NCBI GenBank assembly: GCA_934140575.1
Contig: CAKPBJ010000001.1
Location: 68,905 to 132,904 of the forward strand
Length of the DNA stretch: 64,000 nt
Origin: an uncultured Bacilli bacterium
Lineage (GTDB): Bacteria; Bacillota_I; Bacilli_A; RF39; UBA660
Direction: 5' to 3'
Under the pieces are notes generated by a model. The model was not told the DNA's origin. It made no database searches and saw nothing but the letters and a program-made list of their open reading frames with translations. A program made the position numbers and the translations under genes. This document shows positions 30,123-39,200 of the stretch, one piece after another (the first letter of the stretch is position 1; the number at the start of each line of letters is the position of its first letter).

Positions 30123-30869
30123 TTATTTATAATTGTTTAATTGATTTATTTTTTTTATAAAATCTTTACTTTTTATATAAAGACCGGTATATCTATCGTA
30201 ATAATCATCTAAGAATCTTGATATTTCTTTTGTTAATTCATCACTTACTTCTAGTTTTTTTATATTTTCTATGTCTACATAATAATACATTCTAATCATT
30301 TGAATTGTTTTGTTACTTACTAGTGGTTCGTTGTTGTAGCAATTACTACAGATGTATCCTCCAGCATAACTTGATATTGTGACTATATTTTTTTTACTAC
30401 CACAATGAGTACAAGAGTCAATATTAGGAGCAATTCCTAGATAGTTTAATAACTTTAATTCAATTATATTAGTTAATACTAAGGGATTAAGCCCCTCCTC
30501 TATTTTTATTAGTGTATTTTTTAATATTGGAAATATTTCTAGAGAGTCGTTTTGTCTTACTACTTGTCCAGTTAAATCAAGTATATATGATGCATATGAT
30601 ATTTTTTCAAGGTCCATTAATGTTTTTGAAAACGAGTTTATTATATCTATACTTATTAATGTAGAAAGACCATTTTCTTTATAATAGACATTAAATTTAC
30701 CATAAAGTAGTTTTCTACTTACTCCTCGTAATTTACTTTTCATCTTACGACAACCTTTAGACATTATACCTATTAGTCCATGGTTTTCTGTTAAAACATT
30801 TAAAATTTTACTTGATTCACTATAATTAGTTTCACTTAGTATAATTCCTTCAAAACTCTCTATTTTCAT
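30123..30869 (-). CDS. recO: DNA repair protein RecO
   Basis: 248 aa, OB-fold N-term, C-terminal zinc motif CTHCG...CSNC; conserved position after era. Confidence 0.8.
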   Translation of the reverse strand: MKIESFEGIILSETNYSESSKILNVLTENHGLIGIMSKGCRKMKSKLRGVSRKLLYGKFNVYYKENGLSTLISIDIINSFSKTLMDLEKISYASYILDLTGQVVRQNDSLEIFPILKNTLIKIEEGLNPLVLTNIIELKLLNYLGIAPNIDSCTHCGSKKNIVTISSYAGGYICSNCYNNEPLVSNKTIQMIRMYYYVDIENIKKLEVSDELTKEISRFLDDYYDRYTGLYIKSKDFIKKINQLNNYK

Positions 30870-30873
30870 TAAA

Positions 30874-30960
30874 TCACTTCTTTTTTAATTCTGTTAATAA
30901 ATTAAAATATTTAATATCACCTGTTTTTTTAAATAATTCCCATAAAATATCTTTAGTCAT
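30874..30960 (-). CDS. yqzL: YqzL-family small protein (28 aa), not in ORF track
   Basis: MTKDILWELFKKTGDIKYFNLLTELKKK with GAGGTGA RBS; resembles B. subtilis YqzL (..FTWKVFSQTG.I.TYLL.KE..) and lies between era and recO as in Bacillus. Confidence 0.6.
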   Translation of the reverse strand: MTKDILWELFKKTGDIKYFNLLTELKKK

Positions 30961-31001
30961 AAAATCACCTCTACTTATATAGTGGTGATTTTTTACTTTT
31001 T

Positions 31002-31892
31002 TTATTCATCGTCTTCTTTTAATCCAAGTTCTATTAGATATTTTTCTTCATCTCGCCAATTTTTAATTGACTTAACATATGTTTCTAGAAAGACTTTCTT
31101 TCCTAAGAATTTTTCCATATCTATTCTTGCTCGTGTACCAATTTCTTTTAACATTGAGCCCTGTTTTCCAATTATTATTTTCTTTAAATTATCTCTGTCT
31201 ACTACAATTAATACTTGTATGTGAACAACCTTTTCATCTTCTTCATAATTTTCTACATAACATGTTACTGTATGAGGAATTTCATCATGAGTTAGTTCAA
31301 GTACTTTTTCTCTTACAAATTCTGCCATTATAAATCTTGTTGTGACATTTGTAAGATCTTCTTCTGAATATATTTTGTCACATTCCGGTAATTCTTTTTT
31401 TATACAGTCAATAAGTAGTTTTACATTATCATTTTTCTTTGCAGATATTGGTATTATTTCTTTAAAATCATGTAGTTCTTTTAAATCATTTATTTGTTTT
31501 AAAAGTTTTTCTTTATTCTTTACTAAATCAATTTTATTTAATAGTAAAAATATTGGAATACCTTTATCTTTTATTTTATCTAGTATAAATCTATCGCCTT
31601 TTCCGAATCCTTTTGATATGTCTACAAGGAATAGTATTATATCTACTCCCTCTGTATTATTGTAGGCTTTTTTATTCATAATATTTCCTAGCTTATTGCT
31701 TGGTTTATGAATACCCGGAGTATCTGTAAATATTATTTGAGATGTTTCATCATTATATATACCATTTATGACATTTCTTGTTGTTCCAGAAACATTGGAA
31801 GTTATTGCAAGATGCATACCTAATATTGAATTTAGTAAGGAACTTTTTCCTACGTTTGGTCTTCCAACTAAGCTAACAAAACCACATTTCAT
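31002..31892 (-). CDS. era: GTPase Era
   Basis: GRPNVGKSSLLN G1, DTPG G3, C-terminal KH domain, 296 aa. Confidence 0.9.
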   Translation of the reverse strand: MKCGFVSLVGRPNVGKSSLLNSILGMHLAITSNVSGTTRNVINGIYNDETSQIIFTDTPGIHKPSNKLGNIMNKKAYNNTEGVDIILFLVDISKGFGKGDRFILDKIKDKGIPIFLLLNKIDLVKNKEKLLKQINDLKELHDFKEIIPISAKKNDNVKLLIDCIKKELPECDKIYSEEDLTNVTTRFIMAEFVREKVLELTHDEIPHTVTCYVENYEEDEKVVHIQVLIVVDRDNLKKIIIGKQGSMLKEIGTRARIDMEKFLGKKVFLETYVKSIKNWRDEEKYLIELGLKEDDE

Positions 31893-32278
31893 TTTAAATC
31901 CTCCTCACCAAATGGATATGGGCATAATTCTTCAACTGTCTTTTCTATATATTCTCCTTGTGTATTAAAACATCTTATGATTGCATCCTTTTCAAATAAT
32001 TCAGAAATCATTTGGCGACATACAAAGCATGGCATACCAATTGTTTTTGTTGATGATGTCATAATGTTTATTTCTTTAAATTCATATTTTTTTACGCCAC
32101 TTGTTATAGCTTGAAATATAGCATTTCTTTCGGCACATGTTCCAGCTCTTGTTGAGGCATCTTCTACATTTACTCCATAAAACTTTCTTCCATCCTTTGT
32201 AATTACACAAGCAGATACTGGATAATTTGAAATTGGAACGTAGGCATTTTTATGTAAATTTAATAATTCTTCTTTCAT
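31889..32278 (-). CDS. cdd: cytidine deaminase
   Basis: CAERNAI and PCFVCRQ zinc-binding motifs, 129 aa. Confidence 0.85.
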   Translation of the reverse strand: MKEELLNLHKNAYVPISNYPVSACVITKDGRKFYGVNVEDASTRAGTCAERNAIFQAITSGVKKYEFKEINIMTSSTKTIGMPCFVCRQMISELFEKDAIIRCFNTQGEYIEKTVEELCPYPFGEEDLK

Positions 32279-32287
32279 TTTTCTCTC

Positions 32288-32719
32288 CTATATTAATTCT
32301 ATTATTTTTGGTAAAAATATTACTATTCCGCCTATTAATGCAGTTATACATAATATTAGTGTTGCGGAACTTGCTGTATCTTTTGATATTTTTGCTAGTG
32401 GATGAATTTCTGTTGTGGTTAAGTCTATTGCGGCTTCTATTGCAGAGTTTACAGCTTCACAGGCAGTAATTGATCCACATACTAAAATAACAAATAACCA
32501 TTCATAGGTTTTTATTTTTAGTATAAACCCTAGGATGGTTACTAAAATAGTAGCTATTATAATTATTATGATATTATGCTCATATTTTGTAATGTATACT
32601 ATTCCATCAATTGCATGAAAAAAGCTTTTTCTATATCTTTCTAAGGCAGTACCTGTATCTTTATTTCTAACAGGTGTCTTCTTTTTAAATAGATTTTTAA
32701 TTTTATCTAGTAATTCCAT
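32288..32719 (-). CDS. dgkA: diacylglycerol kinase / undecaprenol kinase (DgkA family)
   Basis: 3-TM 143-aa protein with ..NSAIEAAID.. signature; conserved ybeY-dgkA-cdd order. Confidence 0.8.
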   Translation of the reverse strand: MELLDKIKNLFKKKTPVRNKDTGTALERYRKSFFHAIDGIVYITKYEHNIIIIIIATILVTILGFILKIKTYEWLFVILVCGSITACEAVNSAIEAAIDLTTTEIHPLAKISKDTASSATLILCITALIGGIVIFLPKIIELI

Positions 32720-33152
32720 AAGAACTTAGTACCTCCTCTTGCTTTGTAAACATGATTTTTTCTTCTTCTTTTGTTTGGTGATCATAACCTAATAAATGAT
32801 AAAAACCATGGACAGCAAGAAATGATAATTCTCTAAGCAATGAATGTCCATATTCTTCAGCTTGAGCCTTAGCTTTATCTATTGATATATAAACATCTCC
32901 TAATATTCTTTCTTCATCTGGAATTATTACGCTATCTTCATCTTCTAAGGCGAATGTTATTACATCTGTTTCTCTATCAATATGACGATATGTTTTATTT
33001 AATTCATGGATATAGTTGTTATCTACTATTATTAAATTAAAACTTGTGTTTTCTAACTTTTCTTTTTCCATTGCACTATATAAAACTTTTTCTACTGTTT
33101 CTAATTCATTTACTTCTTCATCTATTTCTTTAAAAATTTCTATTTTATTCAT
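32703..33152 (-). CDS. ybeY: rRNA maturation RNase YbeY
   Basis: HGFYHLLGYDH zinc-binding motif, 149 aa. Confidence 0.85.
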   Translation of the reverse strand: MNKIEIFKEIDEEVNELETVEKVLYSAMEKEKLENTSFNLIIVDNNYIHELNKTYRHIDRETDVITFALEDEDSVIIPDEERILGDVYISIDKAKAQAEEYGHSLLRELSFLAVHGFYHLLGYDHQTKEEEKIMFTKQEEVLSSYGITR

Positions 33153-33161
33153 TTTTACCTC

Positions 33162-33773
33162 CTAAATAAACAATATTATTGAAACAATTCCTACTAATAT
33201 TAAAATTGATAATATATCTAAAAACCATTCCTTACGACAGAACGATGGAAGGCTTTGTCCAATACTTTTTAATATTTTATAAATTATATATCCTAATATT
33301 CCTCCTAGTACATTAAGAATAATATCATCTACGTCAAAGACTCTACCTATTGACATTTGAACAGACTCAATAGCTATAGATGTTATTAAACTTAATACTA
33401 GTGGTAAATGGACTTTTTCTACTTTTAAATAAAGACTTGCGAATAAGCCAAATGGTAAAAATAGAATCATATTACCAATTACGTTCTTTATAAATAAATT
33501 ACTTGTAATATTATATCTTAAAATCTCTTTAAATGGAATAAAATTATTACTTGCCCAAGAAACATTATCTTGGAATGTTACGACTTGGAACAGGCATAAT
33601 ATATATATTATAAAACTTAGCATTAATAAGTCTTTATATAAAACTAGTCTTTCATGATTTTTAATTAAATATGTAATTCTAAATGAAACTAAGACTACAA
33701 TTGATATTAAAATCATTGGCCACGTAAAATCTACTACTCCGTGAATTGTACTACTTAATGGACCTAACACCAA
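33162..33773 (-). CDS. VanZ-like family membrane protein
   Basis: 4-TM protein with GN..LF.PFG and ESVQ....R..D..D...N..GG..G pattern. Confidence 0.5.
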   Translation of the reverse strand: MVLGPLSSTIHGVVDFTWPMILISIVVLVSFRITYLIKNHERLVLYKDLLMLSFIIYILCLFQVVTFQDNVSWASNNFIPFKEILRYNITSNLFIKNVIGNMILFLPFGLFASLYLKVEKVHLPLVLSLITSIAIESVQMSIGRVFDVDDIILNVLGGILGYIIYKILKSIGQSLPSFCRKEWFLDILSILILVGIVSIILFI

Positions 33774-33774
33774 A

Positions 33775-34935
33775 TCACTCCTCTTTTTTATTTAACTCAT
33801 CAATATCTAAGGTGCTTATATCAAAATAGTCAGTAATATTTTCTTCTGCGACTATAAATACATCTACTTCTATTTTACTATTATTTATACTTTTTTTCAA
33901 AATTTTTTTATCTATTATAGTTGCATCACTAGGTAGATGTTTCTTTATTGCTTTAGTTGCTTCTAAAAAAGCCTTTTCATTTTGCAATTTATCATTTAAT
34001 AATTTTTTATATTCTTTTATTTCATAATTTTTTGAAATACCGATATTTATTGGAATTATCTTACTGTCTATTATATTATACTGTTTTATTTTATAATTTT
34101 TTAAATTGTTATTATAAAGTATATTTTTATTTAATATTTGGATTGTTAAGGAGTGTTTTGTTTTGTTGGTTTGTTTTTGTATTGTTTCATATTGAGAAAA
34201 TTTTACATGTACTGTATACCATGTGTTTCCATATACTTTTCCTACTGCACAAACTTTATTTTTGATTGTTTCTTTGTTGTGAATTAAACCACTAATTATT
34301 GTTTCTCCTTTTACTATATAATCATCTTTCTTTTTTACGATTTCTCCTTTTTCTGCTTCTATTCTTGTTATTACGGCGTTCTTTTTTGATACAATGTTTC
34401 TCGGCTTACATTCTTTATCCTTTGATTTTAATTTTCGCATTTCAACGTTTACTATATATTTTGTTCCTACTCTTTCTATTTCTATCCATTCAATATCTTT
34501 ATGTTCTAATAATTTGTTTTTTATTATGTTTATTTTTTTTGTTGATAACATAAGATTGTATTTTTTTAAACCCATTTTTTCTAGTTCATTTTTAATTTCT
34601 TTTACTAAGACTTTATTAGAATTATTTATTTCTACTGAGAAAATTATATTAGATAAAAATATATTTAGAAAAACTGATAAAATGAAAAATATAATTATTA
34701 ATCTATATTTTTTTAGGAGATATTTCATTTTTGATATACCAAAATAGTCTATTATTTTAATTTTGTTGGTTGTTTTTATTTGTTTTATTTTTTCATAATC
34801 TTCTGCATCTATGATTAGTTCTAATTTACTTTTTGTTTTATTGATGTTGTAGATATTTATTTTATTTCTTAGTAGTTCTTTAAAAAAGTAATTAGTATTT
34901 TTTCCAGTTACATTTATTTTTAATCTATTTTTCAT
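33775..34935 (-). CDS. yqfD: sporulation protein YqfD
   Basis: PRNIVSKKNAVITRIEAEKGE...VKGETIISGLI...AVGKVYGNTWYTVHV aligns with B. subtilis YqfD core (PRNIVAKKKATITRM...GQLLVSGLI...IYGETWYRSEV); follows yqfC. Confidence 0.7.
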   Translation of the reverse strand: MKNRLKINVTGKNTNYFFKELLRNKINIYNINKTKSKLELIIDAEDYEKIKQIKTTNKIKIIDYFGISKMKYLLKKYRLIIIFFILSVFLNIFLSNIIFSVEINNSNKVLVKEIKNELEKMGLKKYNLMLSTKKINIIKNKLLEHKDIEWIEIERVGTKYIVNVEMRKLKSKDKECKPRNIVSKKNAVITRIEAEKGEIVKKKDDYIVKGETIISGLIHNKETIKNKVCAVGKVYGNTWYTVHVKFSQYETIQKQTNKTKHSLTIQILNKNILYNNNLKNYKIKQYNIIDSKIIPINIGISKNYEIKEYKKLLNDKLQNEKAFLEATKAIKKHLPSDATIIDKKILKKSINNSKIEVDVFIVAEENITDYFDISTLDIDELNKKEE

Positions 34936-35167
34936 TTATAACCTCAATATATTTTATTTCTCCTTTTATCACTATTTCATTATCTAATAATTTATTAGGA
35001 GTAAGATTTATTCCTTTTATGTTTAATTTTTTTGAGGTTGTTGTGAAGGATATAAAGTTATTTTCTAACGATATTAATCTTTGATAATTTTTTATATGTA
35101 TATATTTATCAGTAATTATTAATTCAAAGTTATGATCATTTATATAGTTATTTAATCTATCAAACAT
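34925..35167 (-). CDS. yqfC: sporulation protein YqfC
   Basis: 80 aa; IKNYQRLISLE...NIKGINL...IVIKGEIKYIEV parallels B. subtilis YqfC (IENYRGIVLFSE...LVIKG...IEEIRY). Confidence 0.6.
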   Translation of the reverse strand: MFDRLNNYINDHNFELIITDKYIHIKNYQRLISLENNFISFTTTSKKLNIKGINLTPNKLLDNEIVIKGEIKYIEVINEK

Positions 35168-35239
35168 ATTATCACCAATTAATTATATGTTTGAGGGTAG
35201 TAAAATTATAATTTTATCTTAGAAATACTTTTGCTTTTT

Positions 35240-35272
35240 TGGCAAAAAAAAAGCATTTTATGATGCTTTTCA
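35240..35272 (-). terminator. rho-independent terminator after yqeY
   Basis: AAAAGCAT-CATAAA-ATGCTTTT hairpin followed by T9 on minus strand. Confidence 0.55.
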
Positions 35273-35710
35273 TTATTGAAGTCTTTCTCTAATGATAGTT
35301 GATACTTCTTTAATATCAGCTTTACCTTTTAATTTAGCTTGTGCTTCTTTCATTACTTTTCCCATGTCTTTTTGACTTTCAGGTTTTACTTCAGCAAATA
35401 TTTCATCAATTACTTTTATAACTTCTTCGCTTGATAATTGTTCTGGTAAATAAGCCATTAAGATATCAATTTCATTTTGAGTCTTTTCTACTAAATCGGC
35501 TCTATTTCCTTTTTCAAATTCTGTAATAGAATCTTTACGCATTTTAATTTGTTTATTAACAACATCAATTAATAGGTCATCATTAATTTCTTTTTTATGA
35601 TCTATTTGTTCTTGTTTTAATGAAGCTTTTACCATTCTAATTACAGTTAATTTTTCTTTGTCTTTTGCTTTCATAGCTTCAATCATGTCTTTGTCTAATT
35701 TTTCTACCAT
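35273..35710 (-). CDS. yqeY: GatB/YqeY domain protein
   Basis: 145 aa, pattern of YqeY family; conserved rpsU-yqeY adjacency. Confidence 0.75.
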   Translation of the reverse strand: MVEKLDKDMIEAMKAKDKEKLTVIRMVKASLKQEQIDHKKEINDDLLIDVVNKQIKMRKDSITEFEKGNRADLVEKTQNEIDILMAYLPEQLSSEEVIKVIDEIFAEVKPESQKDMGKVMKEAQAKLKGKADIKEVSTIIRERLQ

Positions 35711-35789
35711 ATTTTTTTCATCTCCTGTTTTTATTATAGCAAATTTATTTGGAATATGAAAGAACTCGCTAGTGGTTTTTTTCTAACCA

Positions 35790-35828
35790 ATTGAATATAT
35801 TTTTAAATAAAAAATAGAGATTTTAGTA
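35790..35828 (-). terminator. rho-independent terminator after rpsU
   Basis: AAATAGAGATTTTAGTAATCTCTATTT hairpin overlapping stop, T-run on minus strand. Confidence 0.55.
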
Positions 35829-36026
35829 ATCTCTATTTCTATTAGCGCGATCTCTTTTTCTAGAATTCTTGATTCCTTCTTTTTTTGCTGCTCTTCTTTT
35901 TACTCCTGGCTTATCATAAGCTTCTCTTTTTTTCCATTCTGAAGGGACACCGTCTCTTGCTACTTTTTGTTTGAACTTTCTTAGAGCTTGATCAAGATTA
36001 CCTCTAACAGTTACTTTAGTTGCCAT
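35823..36026 (-). CDS. rpsU: 30S ribosomal protein S21
   Basis: MATKVTVRGNLDQALRKFKQKVARDG...REAYDKPGVKRR; start at internal Met with GAAGGGAGGG RBS. Confidence 0.85.
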   Translation of the reverse strand: MATKVTVRGNLDQALRKFKQKVARDGVPSEWKKREAYDKPGVKRRAAKKEGIKNSRKRDRANRNRDY

Positions 36027-36066
36027 CAAATTCCCTCCCTTCACATTAACTAAATTGAATTATAGC

Positions 36067-36095
36067 AGAAGATTTATTGATTTTCAACCCATTTT
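36067..36095 (-). promoter_or_regulatory. sigma-A-type promoter for rpsU (TTGAAA-N17-TATAAT)
   Basis: minus-strand TTGAAAATCAATAAATCTTCTGCTATAAT about 35 nt upstream of rpsU RBS. Confidence 0.45.
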
Positions 36096-36305
36096 CCGAC
36101 ATTTTTAGTAAAAATAAAAGAAAAATCTATAATTATTGGATGTTTTTTGCCTTTTTTTAGGGTTTTTATAAGAAGAATAGATATAGGTTTCTTAAAAAAT
36201 TACCAAAATACAATCCCAAACTAAATATAAATTTAATTATATATGGAAGAGTTATAACTATTATTACAAAAATCAATATATTGATTATTATCTTTTTTAA
36301 ATTTA

Positions 36306-36473
36306 TTTTAATGGACAAACATTTCCTTCTGCGATACGTCTTATTCCTGAACCAAAGCTATATCCAGCTGCTTTTAATTCTTTAATTACATTAACAAGTG
36401 CATTTATTATTGTACCAGATATACTTGTTCCTCCTTTTATATTTTCTAATTCTTGTTCTGAGATTGGTTTCAT
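36306..36473 (-). CDS. double-glycine-leader bacteriocin-like prepeptide (56 aa), not in ORF track
   Basis: hand translation: MKPISEQEIRKIKGG|TSISGTIINALVNVIKELKAAGYSFGSGIRRIAEGNVCPLK; GG leader, located directly downstream of C39-ABC transporter gene. Confidence 0.5.
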
Positions 36474-36507
36474 TTTATTTACACCTCCTATTTTAATTGC
36501 AACGACT

Positions 36508-36612
36508 AGGATTTGTTATGCCTTCAAATACTCCACTTATGAATACTACTAAAGCAGATATTCCTAAGGCAATCCAAAGAGTCATTCCTTCTCCACCCTT
36601 TAATTTATTCAT
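36508..36612 (-). CDS. second GG-motif small hydrophobic peptide (possible two-peptide partner); start uncertain (ATG 36612, or upstream GTG 36645 / ATA 36630 giving longer leader)
   Basis: hand translation: (V/M)IKIERLTDNE-MNKLKGG|EGMTLWIALGISALVVFISGVFEGITNS; core is a single hydrophobic helix. Confidence 0.35.
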
Positions 36613-36637
36613 TTCATTATCAGTAAGCCTTTCTATT

Positions 36638-37048
36638 TTAATCACCTTCTAATATAACTTTAAATATTTCTATTAATTTTATTTTTCTTTCTCTTATTGT
36701 TAGATTAACAGTATCATTTGTTTTATAACTTTTTACTAAGTCTACTTTTATTAATATTTCTTTATATTTCTTTTTTCCATTAGTGACTACTACGTTATTG
36801 TCTTCTATAATTTTAAAAGTATTTTCTTTATCATTAACATACAATTTCATATTTTTATGTAGCAATTCTTTTTCTTTATCATCTAGTACTAATAAACAAA
36901 TATTTTTATTCATTACTATACATGTAAGAGTTTTATTTTTATAGACTTTGTAATTTGTCATTAATAATATAAATATTAGTTGGATAATAATTAATAAAAC
37001 TGTTATTATTTTTATTTTTGTTAAATCTTCATACTTTTTTTGTATCAT
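36638..37048 (-). CDS. small single-TM protein between transporter and peptides: putative bacteriocin accessory or immunity protein
   Basis: 136 aa, N-terminal TM helix; position equivalent to HlyD-like accessory/immunity genes but far shorter than HlyD-family proteins. Confidence 0.3.
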   Translation of the reverse strand: MIQKKYEDLTKIKIITVLLIIIQLIFILLMTNYKVYKNKTLTCIVMNKNICLLVLDDKEKELLHKNMKLYVNDKENTFKIIEDNNVVVTNGKKKYKEILIKVDLVKSYKTNDTVNLTIRERKIKLIEIFKVILEGD

Positions 37049-39119
37049 ATATTTTTCTTTCTTCTAGTTTTAAAACTCTATCAAATAGTTTCTTGTTATT
37101 AGATCTATGTGAGATTACAATTATTGTTTTTTCTTTTAATTTTGAAAAAATAGATTGAAGTATTTTCTTTTCTCTTACTATATCTATTTGACCTAGTGCT
37201 TCATCAAAGATATAAATATTTGTTTTTTTAATAAGACTTCTTGCGAGTATTATTCTTTGACGTTCTCCATTACTTAGATTAAAACCATTTTCTTCTAGTC
37301 TTTTATCGAGTCCTAAGGAATCATCTTTTATTATGTCATTTATACTACAAATTTTTACTATATCTTCTAAGTCTTCTTCATTGTACTCTTTATAAAGAGT
37401 TATATTATTTCTTATTGTATCATTAAAAATAAATTCATTACTTGTGACATATGTTATATTTGACCTTATATTTTCTAAGTGATAATGATTGATATCAATA
37501 CCTGATATTTTTATTACTCCATAGTCTGTTTCAATATATTTTAGTAACATTTTCATGAGAGTAGATTTACCACTACCACTTGATCCAGTTAATAGAATCT
37601 TTTCTCCTTGCTTTATTTCTAAATTTAAATTTTCAAATAATACTTTTGAGCCTATTTTATAATTTAAATTTTTAAATATTATATTTCCTGTCAAATTATA
37701 TGAAAGATAGAAATAATTATTTTTAAATTCTTCTTCATCTATCATAAATAATTCTTCTACTCTATCTTTAGATATTTTATAGCTTGGATAATTTTCAATT
37801 AATACTAAACAGTTTGAAAAACTACTAATTAAATAATTAGAAAATGTTTCAAATATTAAAAGATTGGCTAGTGATAACTTGTTTTTTATTACTAAATATG
37901 AGCCTATTGTATAAATTAATAATTGAAGTAAATCATTAATATTATTTTTTATGAAATTATATAATTCTTGAAAGGTACTATATTTATAGATACATTCTAA
38001 TAAATTTTTATATTTAATATTAAATTTATCTATTAGTCTTTTTTCTAGATGACTACCTTTAATTGTATCTACATTACTTACTCCTTCTATCAAGTATGTA
38101 TTTATTATGTCTTCGTGTTTTGATAATTGCTTTATATGTTTCTTTTTTTTAGGAGTTAAAAGTATTGTTAATATAAATAGAATTATATATGTTCCCAGAG
38201 ATATTAATGTTAATTCTGTGTTGTATTTAAACATTATTGATAAAAATATAATTATACAAAATATGTCTGTTAAAGAAGTGGTTATTAAATTAGCGATATA
38301 TGTTCTTGTGGTATTTAGATCTTTAAATCTAGATATAACTTCTCCTGTTGTTCTATTTTTATAGTATAAATATGGAAGTAAAAGTATTTGTTTATATGTA
38401 TTTGTTGTTGTATCGTTATCAAGGATTGTTAACCATTTAGTTACCATTATATTTCTTATTACTAAATTAATATTCTTAAATATTAAAATTGATAGAAGGG
38501 TTATAAATATTATTATGATGTGTTCAGTAATATTTATATTTATTGAATATTCTAAAAAGTATTTGAAGGTATATGAAAAAACAATGTTTTCGATAAAGTA
38601 TATAGTGGTAAGTAAAATTATAAATATATAAGTTGATTTATTTCTTTTTAAGTTTAATTTTATATTTTTAGTTAGAATATTCTTTTTATGCATGATTGGT
38701 AATTTTTTAATAGGTTTTAAGAATAAATAATTATTACTTGTTAATAGATTAAATTCTGAGAACTTAATAGTTACTTTTCCTTTTGCTGGGTCCATTATTG
38801 TGACTTTTTTCTTTTTATGATTTACTTCATATAATACAACAAAATGTTTATAGTTTTTATTTACTATGAAATGAACAATGCATGGTAAGTTATTTACATT
38901 TATATTTTCTAGTTTTCCTGTCATTCCAGTAGATTCAAAACCTATTATATTTGATGCATTTGATAAATCATATAAAGATACGCCATCTTTTGTTGTATTT
39001 GTTATTTCTCTTAAGTATTCTTTAGATACATCTCCACCATAAAATCTAATAATAGATAAAAGACAACAAATACCACAATCTTTAATGCCATCTTGATTTA
39101 CAACTTTTAGTTTATTAAT
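37029..39119 (-). CDS. peptidase C39-domain bacteriocin-processing/export ABC transporter (LagD/ComA type); apparent ATT start
   Basis: ORF track starts at internal Met; in-frame upstream region encodes C39 motif QDGIKDCGICCLLSIIRFYGG and His (KHFVV); Walker A GSSGSGKST, signature LSNGERQR, Walker B IYIFDEA; no ATG/GTG/TTG between upstream terminator and C39 motif, AGGAGGTGAAAGT-ATT. Confidence 0.8.
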   Translation of the reverse strand: MNKLKVVNQDGIKDCGICCLLSIIRFYGGDVSKEYLREITNTTKDGVSLYDLSNASNIIGFESTGMTGKLENINVNNLPCIVHFIVNKNYKHFVVLYEVNHKKKKVTIMDPAKGKVTIKFSEFNLLTSNNYLFLKPIKKLPIMHKKNILTKNIKLNLKRNKSTYIFIILLTTIYFIENIVFSYTFKYFLEYSININITEHIIIIFITLLSILIFKNINLVIRNIMVTKWLTILDNDTTTNTYKQILLLPYLYYKNRTTGEVISRFKDLNTTRTYIANLITTSLTDIFCIIIFLSIMFKYNTELTLISLGTYIILFILTILLTPKKKKHIKQLSKHEDIINTYLIEGVSNVDTIKGSHLEKRLIDKFNIKYKNLLECIYKYSTFQELYNFIKNNINDLLQLLIYTIGSYLVIKNKLSLANLLIFETFSNYLISSFSNCLVLIENYPSYKISKDRVEELFMIDEEEFKNNYFYLSYNLTGNIIFKNLNYKIGSKVLFENLNLEIKQGEKILLTGSSGSGKSTLMKMLLKYIETDYGVIKISGIDINHYHLENIRSNITYVTSNEFIFNDTIRNNITLYKEYNEEDLEDIVKICSINDIIKDDSLGLDKRLEENGFNLSNGERQRIILARSLIKKTNIYIFDEALGQIDIVREKKILQSIFSKLKEKTIIVISHRSNNKKLFDRVLKLEERKIYDTKKV

Positions 39120-39159
39120 ACTTTCACCTCCTATTATATTATTAGGAAGTTTTTTTATT

Positions 39160-39200
39160 TTTCGAAAAAAAAAGAAGAAATATTTTCTTCTTATGTGGAT
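39160..39200 (-). terminator. strong hairpin plus T9 immediately upstream of the ABC-transporter RBS (terminator or attenuator)
   Basis: minus strand AAGAAGAAAATATTTCTTCTT followed by TTTTTTTTT, ~35 nt before AGGAGG. Confidence 0.5.
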
